Positions 24,928 through 39,654 are shown, counted from the first letter of the stretch. The stretch is DNA of 64,000 nt from the human T2T-CHM13v2.0 reference genome, Homo sapiens (GCF_009914755.1 NC_060939.1), one strand, 5' to 3'. A program made the numbers and translations. Notes: generated from the letters alone by a model not told the origin.

Positions 24928-25502
24928 TGTATTGGTGCTTTCTGAAAAAATTACCAAAAATATAGGGGATATAAACAACATAGATTTATTATCTTATTGT
25001 TTCGTGAATCAGAACCTGACAGGAGTCTCATCAGGCTAAATCTAGATTTCTGTTGGGCTTCCTTCCTTACTATGGGCTGTAAGAGAGACTCCCTTTCCTT
25101 AGTCATTGAGATTTTCAGCAGAATTCAGGTCCTCATGGTTGCAGGACTGAGGTTCCCCTTTCCTTGCAGGCTGTAAGCTGAGGGCCCTTCTTTACAATTG
25201 TTGACTGGTAACCGTCTTTAAGGCCAGCAAAGGCAGGTCCAGCCCTTTCCATCTTTGAGTCTCTCCTGCCTCTTTTCCCAAAGTATCCTCCCTGCCTGAC
25301 ACTTACTCCTTTCTCGTTCAGTTTTAAGGACCCATGTGACTGAACTGAGCCCACATAAATATTCCAGGATCATCTTCTTATCTTGAACTCTATAAACTGA
25401 ATTCCATCTGCAAAATTATCTGTGCCATGTAAATGAACACATTCACAGATTTCAGGGATTAGGTTGTGGATGTATTTGTAGGCTATTATTCCTCTTACCA
25501 CA
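24928..25502 (-). mobile_element. MLT1E-like LTR
   Basis: GCAGAATTCAGGTCCTCATGGTTGCAGGACTGAGGTTCCC; ends CACAGATTTCAGGGATTAGG...TACCACA. Confidence 0.78.
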
Positions 25503-25619
25503 GAATTTAATACCATTTAGTTTATTTTAAATTACTTTAGTCACCAAACAGAAGTAATTTTACAGAATTATATTTAGTAGTATGCCCTGGGCTTTTATTT
25601 CCTAGCCTACTTTTTCAAC

Positions 25620-25960
25620 TTAAAGTAATATGTACCTTTTATGGGAAAAAATATAAAGCAAAATAAACTGCTTGTAATCCCATGACCTAGAGAAGCCAGT
25701 TAACATTTTTGATGTATTTTCTTCTAGACTTTTATTTATTTTTGTATTTATATAAATATATTTACATATTTTTCTTTTATAGACCTAGACTTACATAATT
25801 TTGAATCATGCTTTCCCACATAACATTGTATTGTAAACATTTCCCACAATATATTTTTTCAAATGTACTTTTTAAAGCTACTTAACATTGCATTTCAGAA
25901 ATTGGAGTATACTTTATTTAAACATTATCATATATGGGGCCATTTAGGTTGTTTCCTGCA
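25620..25960 (-). mobile_element. Old L1ME 3' fragment
   Basis: GTTAACATTTTTGATGTATTTTC and CATTTAGGTTGTTTCC motifs. Confidence 0.55.
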
Positions 25961-26619
25961 CAGTGATGCACATAACTATGGGATTTTTTAAGTCCCATAA
26001 AAGTGTTTCATGTGGACTATATTGTTAAAAGTCGAAAGTTAGCTTTCTGCATCAGAGAAGTACTAAATGAGAATATAAAATATATTTAACTATCAAAATC
26101 ATTTTAAGGCTCCATGTTTTACACAATAAGGGAACTAAAATACAAATAAATAACTTGGAAACTATAGTAATTTTGACAATAAAAATGTTATGCATGTAAC
26201 ATTTCAAGACCTTTTAAAGTCAATCAGGGGACAAAACCTATACTGTTTACCCAACAGAAAAATAAAAAGAGCACTTAACCCATTGCCTACAGAAGAAATA
26301 CAAATAGCCAATAAACTTGAACAGTGCTTAATATGATAATTAAATCAAAAATTCCTTACTACTGTATTTCCATCATGCTATAAATGATGAATATGAGATA
26401 ATATAAGGTGATGAAAAATGTAGAATCAGCAGACTCATAAATTGTTAGTAAATTAAATTCCTTTCTGATAAGAATGTAATAATATATTTTTTTAAATGTT
26501 CTGAATTTGGAGGGAAATGCTTTTAAAAATACAATTACAAAGAATACCTCTGTAGTTTCATAACAGTGCAATGAGGTTGGGAGTTTTCTAGATACTTAAA
26601 TCACCTTTAGTGATGGCGT

Positions 26620-27296
26620 AGTGTGATGTGTGTCTCATAGAAGTCAGGGCCAGAAAAAAGTCTTGACTTTTCATTAGATTGATAATGAGATCCTGTCCTT
26701 GGAATCAGCCAAATTGTAAGGTTGAGGCACAGTCCTCCAGACTGCCAGCCTTTTACAAGACCTCTAGCTCCAACTGCAGAGAGTTAACGTCCAATTGCAA
26801 AGTGAGAGGAAAGGATGCACACAAGACCACCACCATTTCTCACACCAAGTGCAAATTCACGGCTTTCCCCAAACCACCCACAATCTTGATAATTTACTAG
26901 AAAGACTTTCAGAACTCTCTGAAAGCTATAATACTTGCAGTTACAGTTTATTACATGGAAAGGATACATTAAAATCAGTCAAGGAAAAAGATACATAGGG
27001 CAGAATCTGGGGATGTCCTAGATGTGGAGCTTCTGTTGTCCTCTGGACACCTTACCTTCCTGGAAACAATGGGTGACATATGCACGTACACCATCAACCT
27101 GGGAAGCTCTTCTGAACTTCAGAACTCAGAAGTTTTATTGGGGTTTTACTATGCGGTCATGATTGATTGATTAATATATCACATGATCTGAGGGGCTTAT
27201 CACTTGGAAAATTCCAAGAGTTTAGAGGTTACCTCCCAGGAGCAAGTGGCAAAGGCTAGACTTCTCTTTGGGTAACACCAAATTCTCTACTACACC
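26620..27296 (-). mobile_element. MER21-like ERVL LTR
   Basis: GATAATTTACTAGAAAGACT..CAGAACTC, GAAAATTCCAAGAGTTTAGAGG; left boundary approximate. Confidence 0.75.
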
Positions 27297-27873
27297 GTTA
27301 TATTAGTTATTGTCAGTTGGTCTGTTGAATTTTATTTTCGTTTTGTGTATGATGCTAACGGAGCTCCAGATATATGAAGAAAAAACTGATTGTCCTGAAT
27401 GAAGAAACAGAAAAATCCATAACTGTTCTTGGAGACTTTGGCACTCTTATCTCAGTAATCAATAGAGCAAGTAGACAGATTAACAAAAATACAGAATATT
27501 TCAAAAATGCTCTCAACAAACTTGGCCTAATTGAAAATTACAAATACTCCACCTAAAAACAGCAGAACACATGTTCTTTTATAGACACTTGGAGTATTGA
27601 TCAAGAGAGATTATATTGTGGGCTATAAAACAACCTTCTACAAATTCAGAAGAATTAAAATCATACAAAGTCTGTCCTCTGACTATAGTAATTAAACTAG
27701 AAATCAATAACAGAAAGAAAGTCACTAAATATTTAAGATTTAAAATAAAACACACTTCCATATTTGGCATGGGTCAATAAGGAAGTCAAAATGGAAATTA
27801 GAAAATATTTTTAATTGTATAAAACATGAAGCAACAACATATCAACATTTCAGGATGTACCTAAAGAAGTGCT

Positions 27874-28156
<283 letters not shown>

Positions 28157-28337
28157 TTAACGAAAGAACAAAGGTCTCTAATCAATAAAATAAGCTTCCA
28201 TCTTTATAATGTAATAGCAAAAAAAAGACATATAGATCAATGAAATAAAATAGAAAATAGGTGTTCCAAAAATAACCTCATGCATATGTAGTTAATTTTT
28301 GACAAAGGTGACAAGATAATTCAATAGAAAAAGGAAA

Positions 28338-28635
28338 TTGTTGTTTGTTGTTGTTGTTTTGAGACAGGATTTCACTTTGTCACCCCGGCTGAAATGCAGT
28401 GGTGCAGTATCAGCTCATTGCAGCCTCCAACTTCCTGGGCTCAAGCAATCCTCCCGCCTCAGCCCCCCGAGTAGCTGGGACTACAGGTACCTGCCACTGT
28501 ACTTGGCTAATTTTTTGTAGAGACAGGGTTTCACCATGTTGCCAAGGCTGGTTGTGAACTTGTGAGCTTAAGAGATCCGCCTGCCTCAGCCTACCAAAGT
28601 GTTGAGATTACAAGCATGAGCCACTGTTCCCGGCC
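28338..28635 (-). mobile_element. AluJb
   Basis: (TTG)n tail, GGGCTCAAGCAATCCTCCC, ends CCCGGCC. Confidence 0.92.
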
Positions 28636-29732
28636 GAAAATCAAAATACTTTTTAACAAACAGAGCTTAACAATTTGAATATTTATATGAGAAACAATGA
28701 ACATCAACCCATGTCCAACAAAATAAATAAAATTAAATGAATCATAGATCTAACAATAAAACCCAAAGTTATAAGACTTCTATAAGAAAAAATAGAAGAT
28801 CATCTTTGTGACTTTGGGTCAGGCAAAATATTGTTAGATGCATAAAAACAAAAAACAAATAGGAAAATATTGATAAATTGTACTTCTTCGAAATTAAAAG
28901 CTTCTGGCTTTTAAAAGATACTTAATAAAATGAAAAGACCAGTGACATCCTATGAGAAAATATTCATAAAATCCATATCTGATAAATAACTAGCACCTGA
29001 AATTTATAAAGAACATTCACAACTTAATAAAAAACAATTTAATACAAAAATAGAGCAAAGATTTTAGAAAACGCTTTGTAAAAGAAGAGATAAAGATGAA
29101 AATAAGCAAATGAAAAGCTACTGAACAATGTCAGTCATTAGGAAAATGCAAGCTAAAACCAAAATGAGACACTGCTCTACATCTATTACAATGGTTTAAA
29201 GAAATGACAACACCAAGTGTGCTGCCAAGGACATGGGCAAATGGAGCTCCCCTACATTGTTGGTGGAAATGAAAAATAAATCAGCCACTTTAGAAAACAC
29301 AATTTCCTAACATATGACCCAGCAATCTGCACCCCGCCCCACACTCCCCACCTGCAGTAGGGTTTTACTCATGAAAAACTAAAGCATATATCCCCAGGAA
29401 TGGCTGTACATAATTTTTATCACAGTTTTAATCATAATTGCCAAAACTGGAAAAAACGAAACATCCATCTACTGGTGAACGGATAAACAAATTCTGGTAC
29501 ATCTACAGAACAGAACACTAGTCAGTAATATTAAGCAATGATCTCCTGATACATTCAATAATACAAAAGAATCTCAAAAGCATTACACTAAGTAAGAGAA
29601 TATGTCTGCCAAAAGACACACACTCTCTAGTCATATTAATTCATAATAACAATAAGAGAGGGGAGTCTAAATGTTCATGAACAGTGGAAAAGATGACAAA
29701 TCGCTATGCTATATTCACTTGAAGGAACATGA

Positions 29733-30088
29733 TGCTAAGGACTGAATATTGGTGTCCCCCCAAAATTCATGTTGAAACTTAACTCCCAAGGGGACGGCAT
29801 TAAGGGGCAAGGCCTTTGGAAGCTGATTAGGTCATGAGGGTTCTGACCTCATGGATGGTATTAGTGCCCTTATAGATGGGTGTGAAGGAGTGAATTTGTC
29901 CCTTTCACTCATTCTAACATATAGGAATGCAGCAAGAGGCACCATCTATAAATCAGACAGCAAGCTGTATCTGCTGGTGCCTTGATTTTGGTCTTCCCAG
30001 CTTCCAGAACTGTAAGAAATACTTTTTATTGTTTATAAATTACTCAGTCTAAGGTATTTTGTTACAGCAGCAGGAACAGACTAAGACA
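29733..30088 (+). mobile_element. MLT1A/MSTD-like LTR
   Basis: TGCTAAGGACTGAAT...GACTAAGACA termini; degenerate TSD CATGA/CATAG. Confidence 0.85.
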
Positions 30089-30266
30089 CATAGAAACGAA
30101 ACTACTAATATATATAATAATGTAGATGAATGTTAAAAACATCATGTCATGTGATGTTATGTGAAAGAAGCCAGAAACAAAAAAGTATATGCTGTATGAT
30201 TTCATTTAGATGGAATCAGCAAAATTCTACTACCATGACAGAAGTTAGAATAAGGGGACTTGGCAT

Positions 30267-30492
30267 GGTAGTTCTCCTGGATAATATTCTGAAGAATGTT
30301 TTCCAACTTTGTTCCATTCTCCTTGTCACTTTCAGGTACACCAATCAAATGTAGGTTTGGTCTTTTCACATAGTCTGATATTTCTTGGAGGCTTTCTTCA
30401 TTCCCTTTCATTCTTTTTTCTCTAATCTTGTCTGCACCCTTTGTTTCATTAAGTTGATCTTCAATCTCTGATATCCTTTCTTCCCCTTGATC
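30267..30492 (-). mobile_element. L1PA ORF1 fragment (inverted part of the L1PA7 insertion)
   Basis: Translates as DQGEERISEIEDQLNE...LQEISDYVKRPNLHLIGVPESDKENGTKLENILQNIIQEN, the L1 ORF1p coiled-coil/RRM junction. Confidence 0.93.
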
Positions 30493-30764
30493 ACATGTTC
30501 TCACTCATAAGTGGGAGTTGAACAATGAGAACACATGGACACAAGGAGGGGAACATCACACACTGGGACCTGTCAAGGGGTGGGGGTGGGCTAGGGGAGG
30601 GATAGCATTAGGAGAAATACCTAATGTAGATGACGGGTTGATGGGTGCAGCAAACAACCATGGCACGTGTATACCTATGTGACAAACTTGCACGTTCTGC
30701 ATACGTATCCCAGAACTTAAAGTATAATAGTAATTTAAAAATAGGTTTATGGCACAAAAAAGAA
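30493..30764 (+). mobile_element. L1PA7-like 3' end with tail
   Basis: ATGTTCTCACTCATAAGTGGGAGTTGAACAATGAG...TAATGTAGATGACGGGTTGATGGGTGCAGCAAAC...CCCAGAACTTAAAGTATAAT. Confidence 0.92.
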
Positions 30765-30945
30765 AAGAAGGGGAGTTGGTATACTTGAGAAAGGGTTTGA
30801 GAGAACTTCCCAGACTGATGAAAATGGTCTATATGTTGATCAAGGAAGTAGTAGTCTATACAGAGGCAAAAGCTCATTGAACTGTGCAATTAAGATTTCC
30901 TCGCTTTAATAAGTATAAATTTTATCTCATTTAAAAATCAATGTA

Positions 30946-31260
30946 GGCCAGGTGCGGTGCTGCATGCCTGCTTTGACAGCACTTAGGAAGGCCAAGGCAA
31001 AACGATTGCTTGAGCTCGGGAGTTCGAGACCAGTCTGGGGAACATAGCAGGACCTTGTCTCCACTGAAAATCAAAAGAATTAGCTGGGCAGGGTGGTACA
31101 CACCTATAGGCCCAGCTACTTGGGAGATGGAGATTGGAGGATCACTTGAGCCTAGGAGATCAAGGCTGCAGTGAGCTTGATCACACCACTGCAATCCAGC
31201 CTTGGCGACAGAGCAACACCCTATCTCAAAAAATAATAATTAAAATAAATAAATAAATAA
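30946..31260 (+). mobile_element. AluJ (Jo/Jr-like)
   Basis: Dimeric Alu, GATCAAGGCTGCAGTGAGC, (TAAA)n tail. Confidence 0.9.
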
Positions 31261-31289
31261 AGTAGAAAAATAAAAATAAGTAGAGAGCA

Positions 31290-31810
31290 ACTTGGTGAAA
31301 TTGCTCCTTCTAGAGCAGAGACAGGAAAACCGCAAGGTAATTGTGGAGCATCTTGTAATGACAGAAAATAAAGAAATGCTTGACAAACAAAACCTGGGAC
31401 TGGGACAAGTCAAAGACACACAGCTATCAATCTGGGAAAGTTGCAAATGGCAAAAACTGGAGGAATTTGAACAAAACAGGTAATGCAGTGTGGGATTATA
31501 ACCAATGTGAAATAAAGATACAAGAGTCAATGTTTATATAAATAAATGATTGAATAATTAAGTGAGGGAGAAAGGGCAAATTTTTCTTAATTTCAAATAA
31601 CGCATGTAACATACTCCACTATTAAGTGAAGCTTAATTAAACCCCTTTCCCTTGAGTGTGGGTTGGATTTAGTGATTCTCCTACAAATAATAGAATATTA
31701 AAAGGGAAAAATAGTAATTTTAGAATGGAGAAACCTTTAGAACACTACTTTAACCAAGCGGTCAGTGTTAACGATGATAGCTAGAAGTCACATGAATATC
31801 TGATATAATT
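31290..31810 (+). mobile_element. L1MC3/L1MC4-like 3'UTR fragment
   Basis: GGAGCATCTTGTAATG.CAGAAAATAAAGAAATGCT; GGAGAAACCT...ACTACTTTAACCAAG. Confidence 0.65.
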
Positions 31811-31899
31811 TGGGTTTAAAAATATCACCTAACGCAGTAATTCCATATCCCCTTTTCTGCTACTCACTTATCTATATTTTGGCTATTTTTTATTAGTCC

Positions 31900-33400
31900 A
31901 GACTGTCTATTAGCTTGGAAATTATATCCTTTTACCATTTCTTTTGGTAGTTGCCATAGAAATCACTTTTTAAAATCAAATATTAATTTTTTATTATCCT
32001 CATACAGGACAATACAAGAAACTTAAAATATTTTATCTTCATTTTTTCTTTTCCCTACTTCCAGAGTTTTATATCGTTGTTTTTGTATACTTTAATATTT
32101 ATGTTTTAAAATCCATAAGATATTGTTAATTGTGTACTATAATCATTTATGTTTGCCCATGTTCTTATCATTTTGCTGCTACTTTTTGTTTCTTTCTACG
32201 TTTCTGAGATTCCATGTGTAATATTTTTCTTTCTACATGAATAATATCTTACACTATTTTTTGCTAGTTATAAGTTTTTTTCTCTCTCTCTGCTCCTTGA
32301 CCTCATTTCACTCTATTAAGAAGCATTGGCTGGGTGCGATGGCTCATGCCTGTAATCCCAGCACTTCGGGAAGCCGAGGTGGGTGGATCACTTGAGGTCA
32401 GGAGTTTGAGACAAGCTCAGTCAACATGGTGAAACCCCATCTCTACTAAAAATACAAAAATTAGCTGTGCTTGGTAGTTCACGCCTGTACTCCGAGCTAC
32501 TCAGTAGGCTGAGGCAGGAGAATCACTTGAACCCAGGAGCAGAGGTTGCAGTGAGCTGAGATCACGCCACTGCACTCCAGCCTGGGCAACAAGTGAGACT
32601 CAGTCCCAAAAAAAGAAACGTCTTTCTGTCATCTTCTTCATAGTTTCACTAGGTATGAAATTCTAGTTTTGCATTTATATTCTCTTAGCATTTTCAATAT
32701 ATACTTTTATAGTCTTCAGACTTTTATTGTTTCCTTTCAGAAATCAGTTGTCAATCTTACTCTTGCTTCTTCAGTGGTTATCTGTCTGTTTTCATTGGCT
32801 TCCTATATGATTTCTTCTTGGTGTTGATTTTTAGCAGTATTAACTTGTGTGTGATTTTTAAAAATCTAGGTGTTCATTTTTTTAAAAATCAGTGGCTTAT
32901 CTCTCTTGAGCATCAACAAATTTAATCCCTTATTTCTTCAGCTATTTTTTCTGACCCATTGTTCTTTTCTGTTTCTGGAATTTTAACTCACACATTTTAT
33001 AAGTTTTTTTTTTTTACAGTATCCTTAAATTCCTTATTCCCCTTTATTTTTCCAATATTTGGTTTTTTGTTCTTATTTTGTACATGTCCCTCTAAACAAA
33101 CATCCAGTGCAATAATTCTCTTTTTAACTGTGTTTAATCTGCTGCTAAACCAATCAATTGAATGCTAATGCAACTCCTAACTTTTGTCTTCTTAAATTAT
33201 TTTCAGCTCTTTATTTAAATTTTCCTCTATTTCTTTTATCTCCTTGAACATAGTAAATGTAGTTATTTTTAAACTATATGCTTCATAATGCCAATACCTA
33301 AAACATCTACAAGATTGTTTTTATTGCCAGTCATTTTGTGGTTTTTGAAAATCATACTGTAGTGTCTCATTATGTGCCAGTTCATTTTATATTGTGTATT
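31900..33400 (-). mobile_element. Old L1ME 5'/ORF1-region fragment
   Basis: T-rich decayed L1 antisense sequence (TTTCACTAGGTATGAAATTCTAG, AGAAATCAGTTGTCAATCTTA), split by an Alu. Confidence 0.6.
32328..32614 (+). mobile_element. AluS (Sx/Sz)
   Basis: Full dimer, GGATCACTTGAGGTCAGGAG. Confidence 0.93.
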
Positions 33401-33439
33401 GGACATTTGATCAAGTTCTAGGTTCTTGACCCCAATTTA

Positions 33440-33870
33440 GCCATTTGAAGAGTCCCCTGTCCTTGGACATAACAATTAATTATTCAAGGATGGTACATGA
33501 AGCAATTAGGACTAAACAGAATCTTTTCCAAATTTTTGTTTGTTTGTTTGTTTGTTTTTCCCCCAAGTGCATTAAAAAAGACTTTTATTTTTTCTAGTAT
33601 GGTTGTTTGGTAGACTGGAATTTGCATCAGGTTTCTTAAAGCTATCTTGTCAACACATCAAGATGTTCTTTCTGAGAAAGCAAGCAAGCATAATTAATCA
33701 AAGTCAATAAACAGAGTAATAAAGTCATGATTATATCCTGTTAAATGAGCTTGAGAACTATATCTGTATTAGCCATTCCCACTCCCCATTTGCACAACTC
33801 AAGAAATTCCGTTTTTAAATTTAGATTATTTAAATGGGTTTTTTATCACAGTCATTTAAAGAAATACGAA
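33440..33870 (+). mobile_element. Old ERVL LTR (LTR33/LTR16-like)
   Basis: TTCAAGGATGGTACATGA... and an LTR-like 3' end; highly diverged. Confidence 0.4.
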
Positions 33871-35717
33871 TTTGTTGAATCAAGTCAGGTACAAGGGAAA
33901 TTAGATGATTGTAAAAGAGCTGAAGTAGTTTGTCTGGAGGCAGGAAGACAAAATAGAGGACTATTAATAAATAGCAAAGTTCTAATCTAACAACAATAGA
34001 AATGAAGGGAAATATAGGTTATGGATTTGAAAAAATATATTAGGAGAAACAGGTAATATGTTGTGTGTGGAAGCTTCCTAGTGATATTTATCTATTACGG
34101 CATCTCTGCAAGTTAAGGATGACACAATTTTCATGACTTTTATGTACTTTCTTAGTATCAGACTGTTACATAGCAAATACTGGTATGTTAACTCAAAATA
34201 ATTAATTCTGGATAGATCATGTGTTAGCAATTTTACTTTTACTTCTTGTACATTGCTTTATCTGTATGATGAAATATGTGCATTGCTCCCTAAACAGAGA
34301 AACTTTCAACGTTCATCTCAGTGGATGTGACAACTTCATTTATCTTAATCTTTGCAAGCAATGGTATAAATATAATTTGCATTGTTCTACAGAAACTATT
34401 TCAGTTAAAAAAATAGGCAATCAGCTGCCTTCCTCTCTAGCTTAAGGTACGTGTGACCAGGGAGACCTTTCCAAAAGAAGGTTATAAAAGTACTTAGATA
34501 ATAGATAAGGCTATCCTGCCCAAACTGGAATACATGCAAGGGGGAGATGAAAGACATCTTGCCAGAGCCTAATGTTTCTAGATAAACATTGCTGGTTGTG
34601 GATGATTTTAAAACACGTATCTGCTTTCCTGCGTTTCTTCTATTCACTATTATTGTTGAATCCAACTCTAAAATTGGCATCTGTGGCAGAGGAGCACCTT
34701 GTTCTCCATGAAGGGTTATCAAGGCCATAATATGCAGTTTTCCTTTTTCCAGAGTCTTAATTGTACTAGTAATCTCACACTTTACTTTGAATTGTGAGAA
34801 ATCGGAAAAAAAAGAGCAACAAGAAGAGTGAGTTCGGTTGTGAAACATGGAATTGTTAGTCATAACTGCAACATTTCTCATCGGAAAATCTCTTTCCCAG
34901 CTATGGGAAAAATAAAGATTGCTTAGAAAAATTAGAAGGAATGAGACCCTTCTCTCTCATTCTCTCACATTTTTGTAGAGTAAAAGAGGCAAAGAACTCC
35001 CATGTCAGAATGAATCATCCGACTGGAATTCACACATAGCATATGATGAGGGGGCTACAGGCTACAAAATGCCAGATGCAAATGTTGAAGTTATAGCACG
35101 TTTCTGAAATGGCAACTTGAAGTCAGCCCCTTCACACTCACTCTTTCCAAACCCTGGTTTGTGTCTTGTCACCTATACTATAAACAAAGCAGTAGTATTC
35201 ATAGAGAAAAATAGGGAGATGTGGAGACAAAGCCAGGGAACTGATTAAGAAAGAAAAGACAGAGAAATCCTGTGTGTTTGCAGCCAAGAATGAAAACCTT
35301 ACAATTACGCACACTGAGATGTGGGAAGATTCCTCAAATCTTGTTAAAAAGAGTTAAGTCAAACATATTTCTATCAACACTGATTCTGAGACAGTTCCAA
35401 AGTCGTATGGTTGATTCTGCTGTGTTTCATCAATGATTGTGCTATATAGGCTGGAGGGAAAATTTGAAAGTTACATCTGGCAAGAATACAGCAAATCCCC
35501 AGGAGGTTTATATTAAGGTACCATTCAACTGGCAGGTGTCTTCACATTTGCATTGAGCAATACTTAACTGCAAGTGTTTTATGCTAAGAGAACATGCATG
35601 TAGATTCCAATACATGTTATAAATTGTATACTGCTTGGCAATTTCTTTCATTTTAGACATATTTTTTCTTATTAAAAATGTGATAAATATATAGGACAGA
35701 AAATTTGTAAAATGTAA

Positions 35718-36125
<408 letters not shown>

Positions 36126-37114
36126 TAGTGATTTTTTTTTTTACCAAATTGGATTCATTATTGCAATATCCAAACTCAAGGTGTTTTAAAATATAATTGG
36201 GAGAAAGGTTGCCAAATGGAAAAATAAATGTGAATATACCTCTAAGAAGAGAGGGAAAGGAAGATATGTTTTCAACAGAAGCTATTTGTAAAATGGGGAA
36301 AAATTAATGAAAAGATTATAAGATAGCAGAAAGACGTTTGACATGATATGGTTAGCTTGTTTAATTCTTCATGAGAGTTTTAATAAATTTGTCTTCCCTT
36401 TATTTGAACTTACTTTTATTTTACATATTTAAAGCTTTTTTAGTTAAACTCAGTATTTAAAAGCCCCTAATTGGAACCTGCATTGCGGGTAGGAAAAAAA
36501 GGGATTTGAAAGATAGCATGAATCAACAATAGCAAGTAGTTGAGTTTGACTGAACAATGGGGCAGTGGTAGGAGTTTAAGCTGGAAAGGAGAGAACAGTG
36601 TATAATTAAAGGAGGGGCTTGAAAACCATGCTGAAAGTATAGTCAATACATACAAGCTGTTGAAGGTATGACACAAATGTGTTTGTTTTTTAAAGACATA
36701 CTCGGAGTGTCAAGTGAATAGTGTACTAGAAGGTTGCAGCTAGTCACAGGGAGATTTGTTGCAATAGTCCAGACCCCGCTTCTCCAATGTACACAACACA
36801 CATGTCTCAAAAATGTGGACCTGCTTTACAGCATCTATAGGGATGCAAGGTAGGAGACAGATAAGGAGGGAAATTCAATATTAAAATGAACATGGCTTGG
36901 TAACTGTTGAAAGATGGAGAGAAAGGAGAGGAAAAAGTCTTGGCAGACAATCACGTTCTGCCTTCATCCTGGCAAACAGTGATAAAAATCTCTCAGATAA
37001 AGCAACCAGAAGGAAAGGTTTTATATTAAGAAGAGTTCAGCTTTAGGTAAAATATTGGGATATTCGCAATGGCAAGCGGTCTTAAATACAGAATTGGATT
37101 TCTGGACAGTGGTT

Positions 37115-37325
37115 GTAAGGTACCAGACATTTGTAAGTTTTTTACATATTTTAACTCATTTAGTACTCAAAACAACCAAATTACACCCATTGTACAGATG
37201 AGAAAATTTCAAATAGAGAGATTAAGTGACTTTTCCATGGTTATTGCTGGCTAGGAAGTAATACAGCCACAAGATAAACCTGATAGTTTGAGTCCTGAGT
37301 CTGTGTTCTTAACCATTACACTATA
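37115..37325 (-). mobile_element. MIR
   Basis: CCCATTGTACAGATGAGAAAA...GATTAAGTGACTT. Confidence 0.75.
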
Positions 37326-37851
37326 CTTGCTGCAAAAAATAAAAATAAAATGTAAAAAGTCATCATAATGATGACTCCAAGAAGTTGAAATCCTAGTAAA
37401 GAATAAAATAAAGGTTAGTAGAAAAAAGAAAAAGAAAAATGAAGAAGAGAGACAGAATCCACTGGAACATCAACAGATTAAAAAAAATAGGGAGGAGGAA
37501 TCTAAGAAATAGGTGGTAAAAGAACAGGTCAAAGGTTGAAAGAAAAAAGCAAAGGGAAAGACCAAGGAGAATAACAAATGGATGAGAATTGGATAACAAG
37601 AGAGCTGTCAAATAAGACTGGCATTGAAAAGTCCCCAATGCATTTGGATCAGGAAGTTGGCTGCCACTTGGTCAGAGCAGTTTCCATGCATTAGTGCCAT
37701 AGCTGGTCAAATTCAATGGGTTGAGAACTGACAGAGGACTGAGGAAATGTTGACAGTTTTCAAGAATTTTAACTATGAAGGGAAAGAAAATTTGTAATGA
37801 TTTTTATGGTACCACAGGATTTTATTAACATCATTTAAAACGAATAGTCGT

Positions 37852-38202
<351 letters not shown>

Positions 38203-38444
38203 CTAGCAAAGAGGGGAATGTCTAGAATGAAGGAGAATGTACCTTCAACAAGACCAGAAGACATAGGTTCCAAAGAGGAAATGGAGCATCTGCTTTGGGC
38301 AAAGGTAGAAGTTCCTCTTTGGTAGGTATGACAGCAAGCAGTTAGAGTTCAATCCTGGAATCTCCTATTTTCTTTAAAAATCAGGAGATGAGGTTTCTTG
38401 CTACAAGAAAAGCGAGAAGGAAATGAAGATTTGAAGAGACTGAT

Positions 38445-38803
38445 TGTATCCTTTTGCTAGGGGTGCCCAGATTGGATGGCTTAAAAAATAGAAATGTATT
38501 TTCTCACTATTCCGGAGGCTACAAGTCTGAGAAGAAGCTGTCAGTAGGGTTAGCCTCTCCTGGCTTGTAAATGGCTGCCTTCCCCCTGTGTCCTCACTTG
38601 GTCTTCCCTCTGTGTGTGTGTCTGTGTTCTCATCCCTTCTCATAACGATATCAGTTGTATTGGATTAGTACTCACCCTAATGACTTCATTTTAATTTAAT
38701 TACCTCTTCAAAAGCCCTATCTCAAAATACAGTCACATTTTGAGGTATTGGGGTTTGGGACATCAACCTATTAATTTTGGAGGACACAATTTGGCCCATA
38801 ACA
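38445..38803 (-). mobile_element. MLT1B LTR
   Basis: TTACCTCTTCAAAAGCCCTATCTCAAAATACAGTCACATT; ends CCCATAACA. Confidence 0.88.
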
Positions 38804-39654
38804 CTTAGAACTCTTTGGAATAATTGCTGTTAAGAAGGGAGAAATGACTCAGCACACATACGTGGGTACTTGAGTGGTATAGAATCTAGGTGGGTTTAAG
38901 AATCATGAATTCGTAGTGGGACAGGGAAGTCTGTTGGTAAGAAGGGATGAAGCAGGAAATTGAAGTGACCCGGTGAGATGGGTATGTCTATCAGGAGTCC
39001 TGGGTAGGCCAGACATTTAGAGGAAATGCACCTTATTAGCCAGGCTAAATATGGAAGTAAGTGAAGAAAGTTTGGATAGACTAGAAGAAACTCAAGAAAT
39101 TAAGATACTGAAGAACCTTGATATTATGTTAAATGTAATAGAAATGGAAAATCTGGAAAGCTCTAAGGACCAGAGTCTGTGATTAGAGAATGGGCTAGTT
39201 AAGTTTTAATGGGGAGCGCAATTCCTGATAGCGATGAAGTCAAGGTTAAGGTCATCACATGGTGTCGATGGAATAGAGATAAATGTTATTGGAGTTGAGG
39301 TCAAGACCTATGAATCAGGATACTGACTGTGTCATTCTTATGGACATCGAAGTTGTCTAGGATAAAAGTGAAATGAGTGGTGGAAAGTGTATGACTCAAA
39401 GTTCTCTGTGACAAGCAAGGAGACATAAGAAGGCTAGTAGTTGACACCATTCTGCATTATCCTCAAAAAGAGAGGTCTTTGGGCCCCTGTAAAATCAGCA
39501 TTAGCGTGAATCAAACTAGGGTAACTGCAGCCCCATGGATGCTGAATTTGACCAGCTAATTGTATCCACCTGGGGCCACCCCAAGAACTTGGCTATTTAC
39601 TGCAGTCCTTGACATTTATTGTTTAAGAATTGGCCAGGTGTAACCTAATCTAGA

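Noticed and set aside
30202-30504. 100-aa ORF with real protein similarity
   Set aside because: Internal L1 ORF1p fragment with a non-ATG start; not a gene
30577-30601. G-quadruplex motif
   Set aside because: Standard G-rich tract of L1PA 3'UTRs
34405-34881. Longest ORF in unique sequence (158 aa)
   Set aside because: No recognisable domain or exon structure; such lengths arise by chance in 64 kb. PhyloCSF or BLASTP would settle it
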